From contig CALMGJ010000010.1 of assembly GCA_937863565.1 (NCBI GenBank), forward strand, positions 3,431-67,430: a DNA stretch of 64,000 nt, written 5' to 3'. A program made the translations under genes and the position numbers. Positions 57,078-64,000 of this stretch are shown in pieces. Under the pieces are notes generated by a model. The model saw only the letters and a list, made by a program, of their open reading frames with translations, did no database searches and was not told the origin of the DNA. The DNA comes from an uncultured bacterium (GTDB lineage: Bacteria > AUK180). Positions within the stretch are counted from its first letter, which is position 1. Each line of letters opens with the position of its first letter.

Positions 57078-57788
57078 ATGAGTCTTGACAACAATATCCC
57101 CAAACCGTTTTTCGCGGTGATCAAAGAGAAATGGCAGGATGAGAACTTTAGAAAAAAAGCCGATAATTATTTATTCTTCGGTCTTTTAGGCGTCCTTGTT
57201 ATAGTAGGTATCTTTTCAACGTTCACGATCCGGAACAAACAAAGCATTATCCAGTTGAACGAGTCGATAGCTACTCTTTCGGAAGTCACGAAAGAGGACA
57301 ATCCCAATGCCGCCGAGGCGATATTCAATACCAATGAGGAAAAATATATCGCAGCATTGGAAAAATTAGACAAGTTGATCACGGGAAAAAAGGGCACCGA
57401 CGGCGAAAAGATGGCCATGGTGGTGAAAGGCGTCATGCTGGTAAAGGTAAAAAGGTACGAGGAGGCCGTGACCCTTTACAGGGACTTCACGGAAAAGCAC
57501 CGCAAACACAGTTTTTACCCTATCGCGCTTCTGAATCTCGGCGTTGCGCTTGAATATATGAAGGATTTCACCGGTGCCGAGGAAGTATACGAGAAGGCTT
57601 TGAGCGAATTCGCAGGCACCGTATACGAACCTTATTTCGCTTACTATCTTTCTTCGGTCTATGAAGTGAACGGCAAAACGGAGAAACTGACCGCTCTCGC
57701 CGACAAATACAGGAACTTTGAGAATAAGGCCAATATAAAGGACGAGTTAAAGAAAAAAACACTGTTCATCCTAAGCAATAGAGAATGA
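57078..57788 (+). CDS. Membrane-anchored TPR protein (YfgM-like)
   Basis: Single TM at aa ~31-49 then TPR helices; SD AGGAG. Confidence 0.7.
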   Translation: MSLDNNIPKPFFAVIKEKWQDENFRKKADNYLFFGLLGVLVIVGIFSTFTIRNKQSIIQLNESIATLSEVTKEDNPNAAEAIFNTNEEKYIAALEKLDKLITGKKGTDGEKMAMVVKGVMLVKVKRYEEAVTLYRDFTEKHRKHSFYPIALLNLGVALEYMKDFTGAEEVYEKALSEFAGTVYEPYFAYYLSSVYEVNGKTEKLTALADKYRNFENKANIKDELKKKTLFILSNRE

Positions 57789-59791
57789 ATAAACTCATAT
57801 TCTGGTGGCATTTCCACCAACCTCTTTATAAGGATTATAAAGAGGAAAAGTACAGTATGCCATGGGTGTTCCTGCACCTCATCAAGGATTATCATTTCTT
57901 TCTTAAACTATGCCTCCGTCATCCCGGAGTAAAACAGAACTTTAATTTTTCTCCCGTGCTTCTGGAACAGATAGAGGACTATGTGGAGAAAAGAGGCGCG
58001 ATAAAGGACAGGTTCGTCAGACTTTTTCTTAAGGAGCCCAAAGACCTCGACCAGAAGGAAAAGGAGTTCGTCCTCGAGCATTTTTTCTCGATCAGCCTGG
58101 ACAAGATCATCCTGAGGAATGAACGGTACGCCGAACTCTATCATAAAAAGTACAGAAAGGATGCGTTCTCCGAAAATGACGTTCTTGACCTGCAGTTCCT
58201 CTTTTTCTACAGCTGGCTTTCACCGATAGAAAAGGCCGAGGATCCCGCTCTTTCAGGCGCCGCGGGACGGAAGAGCTTTACCGCGGATGATAAAAAGGCC
58301 TTATGGGCAAGGATCGAGATCATGCTGGGGGAATTCTTCGGGATCTTCAAAAACGTCTGCGGCAATCCCTCTTTCGAAGTAACCATTTCTCCGTACTATC
58401 ATCCCATACTTCCTCTTCTCATCGATACCAATACAGTGAAATCCATGAACATTCCGATGCCGTCACTCCGGTTCGCTTTTCCTCAGGACGCCAATGAACA
58501 GATAAAGATGGCCAAAGAGTACGCGGCCAGATTCGGTCTTGATCCTAAGGGCATGTGGCCTTCCGAAGGTTCTCTTGACGAGAATACTTTCGACCTTCTC
58601 TCGAAGAACGGTATCAGGTATGTCGGATCCGACGACAATATACTCAGGAGGATCACGAACGGCAATATCCCCGATGCGGAATTGTTCACGTTCAAAGGGG
58701 TGGATATATTTTTCAGGGACCGCAGGATATCGGACCGCATCGCGTTCCAGTACCAATACATGGATCACGGCCAGGCGGCCGCCGATCTTATCCATGAGGT
58801 CAAAAGCAGGAAGAACGCAACGATAGTGATAATGGACGGCGAGAACGCATGGGAGTATTTCGCCGAAAACGGCCTGCCCTTCCTCGGTGAAGTGTTCGGG
58901 AAGGTCATGTCCGAAGGCATACGCACATATACGCTCGGCGAAGCCAGCACGGAGCTCTCAAAGGCAGAACTCAATTCCTTCATCCCGGGCAGCTGGATCG
59001 ATGTGGGGTTCCCGCTGTGGATAGGCAGTTATTCCAAGAACAGATCGTGGGAGATCCTTTCTCTGATCCGCTCTTCACTGAACGAGGATTTCATTTTCAA
59101 TGAACAGTTGAAGAAAGAGGTGTTCGCCGCTGAAGGTTCCGACTGGAACTGGTGGTACGATACATACTATAATGCCAGCGGTTTGAACTTCGACCGTTTG
59201 TACAAGGAACATCTTTCCCGGATAGTCGAAGTGGCGAAACTGCCTCTCGGAGACAAAGTGGACAGTTTCCTCGGTCCCGTTAAAGAAAGCGTGTTCTACA
59301 GGGATCCCGTTAAGTTCATCTCTCCCTTCATCAATGGAAAGGAGGATAATTTCTTCGAATGGATCTATGCCGGATTCCTTGATACGAAGAATATCTCCGG
59401 TACAATGAAACAGACCGATCTTAAGGTAAGAAAGATACTTTTCGGATACGATTTCTACAATCTTTATTTAAGGCTTGATTACGATCATTTCGATTTCGAT
59501 TCGATCTCCGTGAACATATTAAGGGATGATCTCAAGGTCTTCGACCTGAACGTGAGAACAGGGGAATGCCGGTTCAATTCGGAAAGAAGGGAGGATATTG
59601 AGATCGCGGCAGGCGAGATCGTCGAGATCAAGATACCGTTCTATATCCTGAGCCTGGAGAAGAACACCGACTTCATGTTCAATCTCCAGATCAAGAACAA
59701 AAATAACCTTATAGAGATGCACCCCCCGTTCTCGTATATCAAGATGACCCGCCCCGGCGAGGATTTCAATTCAAAAAACTGGAGAGTGTGA
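57785..59791 (+). CDS. Glycoside hydrolase family 57 (amylopullulanase-like)
   Basis: WHFHQP, SPYYHPILPLL, WPSEGS (nucleophile E), MDGENAWE (acid/base D), AEGSDWNWW. Confidence 0.9.
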   Translation: MNKLIFWWHFHQPLYKDYKEEKYSMPWVFLHLIKDYHFFLKLCLRHPGVKQNFNFSPVLLEQIEDYVEKRGAIKDRFVRLFLKEPKDLDQKEKEFVLEHFFSISLDKIILRNERYAELYHKKYRKDAFSENDVLDLQFLFFYSWLSPIEKAEDPALSGAAGRKSFTADDKKALWARIEIMLGEFFGIFKNVCGNPSFEVTISPYYHPILPLLIDTNTVKSMNIPMPSLRFAFPQDANEQIKMAKEYAARFGLDPKGMWPSEGSLDENTFDLLSKNGIRYVGSDDNILRRITNGNIPDAELFTFKGVDIFFRDRRISDRIAFQYQYMDHGQAAADLIHEVKSRKNATIVIMDGENAWEYFAENGLPFLGEVFGKVMSEGIRTYTLGEASTELSKAELNSFIPGSWIDVGFPLWIGSYSKNRSWEILSLIRSSLNEDFIFNEQLKKEVFAAEGSDWNWWYDTYYNASGLNFDRLYKEHLSRIVEVAKLPLGDKVDSFLGPVKESVFYRDPVKFISPFINGKEDNFFEWIYAGFLDTKNISGTMKQTDLKVRKILFGYDFYNLYLRLDYDHFDFDSISVNILRDDLKVFDLNVRTGECRFNSERREDIEIAAGEIVEIKIPFYILSLEKNTDFMFNLQIKNKNNLIEMHPPFSYIKMTRPGEDFNSKNWRV

Positions 59792-60822
59792 TGGGAACCG
59801 CCGTAAGGATCCTTGATGCCAATCTCAACCGCCTGATGGAAGGAATGCGGGTCGTTGAGGAGATCCTTCGTTTCCATTTCGAGAACAGGCAGCTCTCTGC
59901 CGAGATGAAAGACCTGCGTCACCGGCTTTCCTTACTTATCAGGGAAGCGGAGAAAATGATTAAACTCTTTTCGCGGAGAAACGCTACAGGCGATATAGGA
60001 AGGCATTTGCCGTCCGAGCCCGAAGAGGTAAGAATAGGGATCAGGGATATTTTCGCATCGAACGCTTCAAGAATAAAGGAATCCTTAAGAGTGCTGGAGG
60101 AGTTCTTCAAATTGATCTCGAAGGACCTGTCTAAAAAAGCCAAAGAACTCAGATATGATTTCTACGACATAGAAAAAAGGATATCCCGCATTTTCGATCA
60201 TAACCGGCTTCGTGAGGCCGGCCCGCTTTATCCCGTGATTTCGACTGACCGGGCCGATAGGAAGTTCAGAGAATGGCTGGCTATCCTTGCCGACAGCAAC
60301 GTGGGTATAGTTCAGCTCAGGATGAAAAACGCGGAATTCAGGGAGTTCATTAAAGCTGCGCGACTGGCAAGAAAGGCCCTTGAAAGCAAGCTTCTCATCA
60401 TAAATGACAGGATCGATGTCGCGATATTAAGCGGCGCGGACGGGATACACGCAGGCCAAGAGGATATTACGCCGTCACAGGCGGAAACCATCTTCGGAGG
60501 AGGGCTGATATTCGGCGCTTCGGCGCGCAATGCCGCGGAAGCTGATAAACTACAGACCTCAGGCGCCGACTATATCGGACTCGGCCCGATTTTCCGAACA
60601 TCCACGAAAAAGGACGCAGCTGCTCCTCTCGGAGCTTCGGCGGCCTGCGCTATTGCGAAAAAGTCGGGGCATTACTGGGCGGCCATCGGAGGGATAACGT
60701 CTGAAAATATCTCCTCCATAAAGAACGGGTTCGACCTTTTCGCTGTAAGCGCAGGGATATTCACGGGTGACGTAAAGAAGAACCTTGAGGAATTCTCACG
60801 CCTTCTGACCGGAAAGGAGTAA
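59788..60822 (+). CDS. thiE: Thiamine-phosphate synthase with cyanobacterial-type N-terminal helical domain
   Basis: RILDANLNR..EG.RV.EE N-domain; QLRMK, INDRIDVA, GIHAGQED, DYIGLGPIF.T.TK, AIGGI. Confidence 0.88.
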   Translation: MMGTAVRILDANLNRLMEGMRVVEEILRFHFENRQLSAEMKDLRHRLSLLIREAEKMIKLFSRRNATGDIGRHLPSEPEEVRIGIRDIFASNASRIKESLRVLEEFFKLISKDLSKKAKELRYDFYDIEKRISRIFDHNRLREAGPLYPVISTDRADRKFREWLAILADSNVGIVQLRMKNAEFREFIKAARLARKALESKLLIINDRIDVAILSGADGIHAGQEDITPSQAETIFGGGLIFGASARNAAEADKLQTSGADYIGLGPIFRTSTKKDAAAPLGASAACAIAKKSGHYWAAIGGITSENISSIKNGFDLFAVSAGIFTGDVKKNLEEFSRLLTGKE

Positions 60823-60826
60823 GTAC

Positions 60827-62134
60827 ATGACACAAAGAGAGAAAGCATTGAAGGGGACCATCACTCCGGAAATGAGGTATACGGCAAAATACGAGAGAAT
60901 GGAACCCGTAACGATCATGAAAGATATAGCGGCTGGCGCAACAGCCATTCCCGCGAACAGGAATCACAAGAGGGAAAAATATACGGGTGTGGGCAGAGGT
61001 CTTTTCACAAAGGTCAATGCCAATATCGGTACTTCATCGGACAACGCCGACCTTAAAACGGAGCTCAGGAAACTCAAAGCGGCGGTGGCAGCAGGCGCGG
61101 ATGCGGTCATGGACCTTTCTACGGGAGGCGATATAGACCGTATAAGAAGGGCGATCATCGAACATTCCCCCGTCGCTGTCGGCAGCGTTCCGATATATCA
61201 GGCCGCCGTCACCGCCGTGAATGCCGGTAAATCCGTTCCCGAAATGACGGAAAAGGAGATCCTTGACGGCATCTACAAACATATTAAAGACGGTGTGGAT
61301 TTCATAACGATACATGCGGGGGTCACCAGAAGCGTGATCAAGCAGCTCGTTCTTTCCGAGAGGCTCAATAAGATCGTCTCCCGCGGCGGATGGTTCCTTG
61401 CCGGATGGATCATAAAGAACAAACGGGAAAATCCGATATACTCCAGATTCGACGAGATACTCGATATGGCAAGGGAATACGATGTAACGCTGTCGCTCGG
61501 CGACGGACTGCGGCCGGGTTGTCTGGCCGATGCCACGGACCGTCCTCAGATACAGGAACTCGTTGTTCTGGGGGAACTCACTTCCCGCGCCTGGAAAAAG
61601 GGGGTTCAGGTAATGATCGAAGGACCCGGGCATGTGCCGCTGCATGAGATAGCGGCGAATATCCAACTCGAGAAAAAATTATGCAATAATGCCCCTTTCT
61701 ACGTGCTTGGTCCGGTAGTCACCGATATCGCACCGGGTTACGATCACATAACATCTGCGATCGGCGGCGCTCTGGCAGCCTCATACGGCGCTGATTTCCT
61801 TTGTTATGTCACGCCGGCGGAACATATCGGCCTTCCCAGTGTTGATGATGTGCGCGAAGGCGTTATTACTACGCGGATCGCGGCTCATGCGGCGGATATA
61901 GTGAAAAGGCCGGATGCCGCGGAATGGGACGAAAACATGGCCCGGGCGAGAATAGCGCTGGACTGGAAAAAAATGGAGGGCCTTGCCCTTGATCCCGTTA
62001 AATTCAAAAGGATGCGAAAAGCGTCAAGGCCGAAGGATAGCGATGTCTGCACGATGTGCGGCAAATTCTGCTCGATGAAAGGCCTCAAACCGTATCTTGA
62101 AGGCGATCCTGAAAAACTGATCGGAGAACTCTGA
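60827..62134 (+). CDS. thiC: Phosphomethylpyrimidine synthase
   Basis: TKVNANIGTS, MDLSTGG, VSRGG, SLGDGLRPG, MIEGPGH, GYDHIT, YVTPAEH, CTMCGKFC; next to thiE. Confidence 0.93.
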   Translation: MTQREKALKGTITPEMRYTAKYERMEPVTIMKDIAAGATAIPANRNHKREKYTGVGRGLFTKVNANIGTSSDNADLKTELRKLKAAVAAGADAVMDLSTGGDIDRIRRAIIEHSPVAVGSVPIYQAAVTAVNAGKSVPEMTEKEILDGIYKHIKDGVDFITIHAGVTRSVIKQLVLSERLNKIVSRGGWFLAGWIIKNKRENPIYSRFDEILDMAREYDVTLSLGDGLRPGCLADATDRPQIQELVVLGELTSRAWKKGVQVMIEGPGHVPLHEIAANIQLEKKLCNNAPFYVLGPVVTDIAPGYDHITSAIGGALAASYGADFLCYVTPAEHIGLPSVDDVREGVITTRIAAHAADIVKRPDAAEWDENMARARIALDWKKMEGLALDPVKFKRMRKASRPKDSDVCTMCGKFCSMKGLKPYLEGDPEKLIGEL

Positions 62135-64000
62135 ATGAAGCATTATTCCAGTGTTGGGAAAAACGTTAAAAGGTACGATGCCGAAGAGAAAGTGAAAGGG
62201 ACTTCCGTGTTCACGGACGATCTGAACTTTCCCGGGACTTTGTATGCCGGTGTATACAGGAGCCCGGAATCTTGCGGACGTATTAAAAAGATAAATACGG
62301 TCAAGGCCGCGAAGATCCCCGGAGTCCGCGCCGTGATGACGGCAAAAGACATACCCGGCAGGAATATCGTGCCTGTTGTTTTCGATGATCAACCGCTTTT
62401 GGCCGAGAAATATGTGCGGTATCACAGGGAACCGCTCGCAATCGTCGCTGCCGATGACCGCAACACATTGAAAAAAGCCTTAAAGGCGATAGAGTGCGAT
62501 ATCGAGGAAACGGAGGGTGTTTTCACTATCCGGGAGAGCCTGAAAAAGAAAAGGATCGTGAACGGCCTTTACAAGGACAATATCTTCCAGCAATATGTAG
62601 TAGAGAAGGGTGATGTTAAAAAGGCTTTCGCCGGCGCCTTCCTTACGGTAAAGAACAGCTACAGTACAAATTACCAGGAACATGCTTATCTGGAACCGCA
62701 ATCGATGCTGGTGAAGCCTGAACTCAACGGGATATTCTCCGTTTTCGGCTCCATGCAGTGTCCTTTCTATGTCCAGGACGCCGTGTCCGCCGTACTCGGC
62801 ATCGGCCTGGCCAATGTCTCGGTGCATCTCATGTCGACGGGTGGCGGTTTCGGCGGGAAAGAGGATGTACCCAGCATTGTCGCGGCTGTTGCCGCGCTCC
62901 TGTCCCACAGGACCGGCCGTCCTGTTAAATATATCCTGGACAGAGACGAGGATATCTCCGTTATGAGTAAAAGGCATCCGTCATATATCGAATATGAATC
63001 GGCATTCTCAAAGAATGGGAAACTCTTGGGAGTGAGAACGGATTATTACCTGGATGCCGGAGCATATTCAACGCTTTCACCGATAGTCCTGTGGCGCGGA
63101 GTGATACATGCCGTCGGACCTTACGAGTGCCCTGCGGTCTCGATCAAGGGTTACGCCGTTGCCACGAACAAAGTACCCTGCGGCGCATACAGGGGTTTCG
63201 GGACACCCCAGATAATATTCGCTTCGGAGACGCAAATGGACATCGCAGCGGAAAAACTCGGCATAGATCCCGTGAGGATAAGAGAACTCAACGCTTTTAA
63301 AAAGGGTTCTGAAACGGCCACGGGTCAGGTCCTTAAGGAGAGTATCGGCATAAGAAAGACCATCGATGCGGCCGTTTCAAGATGCGATATCGGGAAGACG
63401 AGGAGCGAGATCGCCTCTTTCAATAAGAAACAGAGATATAAAAAACGCGGCTTGGGGATCTCGTGCCTGTTTTACGGCGTAGGGCTTGGTGCCCGTGGCG
63501 GTCCGCTGCAGAAGGGCGGCGCTTTCGTAAGCGTTTTCAAGGACGGTACGGTGCAGTTCTCCGTAGGAACGGCCGAAATGGGACAGGGGATGTACACCGT
63601 TCTCGGACAGATCGTTTCCGAATCTTTCGGCATAAACCCTTCTGCCGTACTCCCTCAAAGAGTATCCACGGAGAAAGTAGGGGATTCCGGCCCGACGGTC
63701 GCTTCCCGTGCCACCTTCATTTCAGGCAATGCCCTGCTCATCGCTTGTGATAAGATCAAATCGTCTCTTCTTTCATTCATGCTTTCGGAGAAGATGATCA
63801 GGAAAGCCTCCGATGTTAAATTCGAGAAAGGATACGTATATACCGGAGGAAAGAAGAAGATCCCCTTCACGGAACTCAGCTCCAAGGCCTGGGCCGGCCG
63901 CGTCAAGATGGCCGAATACGGGTGGTATCTCCCGCAGGGCACAAGTTTCGATATAAGGACGGGAAGAGGCGATGCGTACGTAGTGTATTCTTATGCCACG
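62135..64000 (+). CDS. Xanthine dehydrogenase family molybdopterin-binding subunit, 3'-truncated by the window edge (absent from the ORF track)
   Basis: ATG 62135 MKHYSSVGKNVKRYDAEEKVKG; QEHAYLEP, GGGFGGKE, GAYRGFGTPQ, AEMGQG, PTVASRA; the same frame still reads open at 64000. Confidence 0.9.
   Translation, partial: MKHYSSVGKNVKRYDAEEKVKGTSVFTDDLNFPGTLYAGVYRSPESCGRIKKINTVKAAKIPGVRAVMTAKDIPGRNIVPVVFDDQPLLAEKYVRYHREPLAIVAADDRNTLKKALKAIECDIEETEGVFTIRESLKKKRIVNGLYKDNIFQQYVVEKGDVKKAFAGAFLTVKNSYSTNYQEHAYLEPQSMLVKPELNGIFSVFGSMQCPFYVQDAVSAVLGIGLANVSVHLMSTGGGFGGKEDVPSIVAAVAALLSHRTGRPVKYILDRDEDISVMSKRHPSYIEYESAFSKNGKLLGVRTDYYLDAGAYSTLSPIVLWRGVIHAVGPYECPAVSIKGYAVATNKVPCGAYRGFGTPQIIFASETQMDIAAEKLGIDPVRIRELNAFKKGSETATGQVLKESIGIRKTIDAAVSRCDIGKTRSEIASFNKKQRYKKRGLGISCLFYGVGLGARGGPLQKGGAFVSVFKDGTVQFSVGTAEMGQGMYTVLGQIVSESFGINPSAVLPQRVSTEKVGDSGPTVASRATFISGNALLIACDKIKSSLLSFMLSEKMIRKASDVKFEKGYVYTGGKKKIPFTELSSKAWAGRVKMAEYGWYLPQGTSFDIRTGRGDAYVVYSYAT

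Noticed and set aside
60827-62134. BzaA/B/F (cobamide lower-ligand) instead of ThiC
   Set aside because: It is adjacent to thiE and there are no cobamide genes nearby; a phylogeny would settle it.

Overview
64 kb of bacterial chromosome (roughly half GC), apparently from an anaerobic diderm: it has beta-barrel proteins, lipoproteins, an O-antigen ligase and secreted proteins with FlgD-Ig/T9SS-like tails. I see no rRNA, tRNA, CRISPR array or mobile element. In order: (1) an NAD-linked, Cys-type formate dehydrogenase operon (NuoE-like, NuoF-like, FdhF, formate channel, mobA, fdhD) with an upstream Rex-like box; (2) a housekeeping block alaS-TPR-DUF151-like-recG-rsmD-coaD; (3) an envelope/signalling block (secreted MBL hydrolase, two CsgG-like/barrel proteins, cyclase-STAND-TPR, ABC-F, barrel-HEAT-HD-GYP-secreted protein operon); (4) a redox/glutamate island with an Stn/NfnABC-type bifurcating flavoenzyme, three glutamate dehydrogenases, a GAF kinase plus sigma54 activator, and an unnamed twin-CX2CX5CXnC small protein; (5) preTA, rtcB plus a DHH-nucleotidyltransferase, an MltD-like enzyme, TPR genes, GH57, thiE, thiC and a truncated xanthine-dehydrogenase-family gene. 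Best candidate for an undescribed system: the sigma54-driven Cys-rich mini-protein/GDH unit, whose putative enhancer is mirrored between gdhA and the bifurcating operon. Also notable: frequent TANNNT-N5/6-start (leaderless) genes, two mini-uORFs, a histone-like tail on PreA, and a mobA with no canonical start codon. All calls come from motif reading only; no database searches were run.
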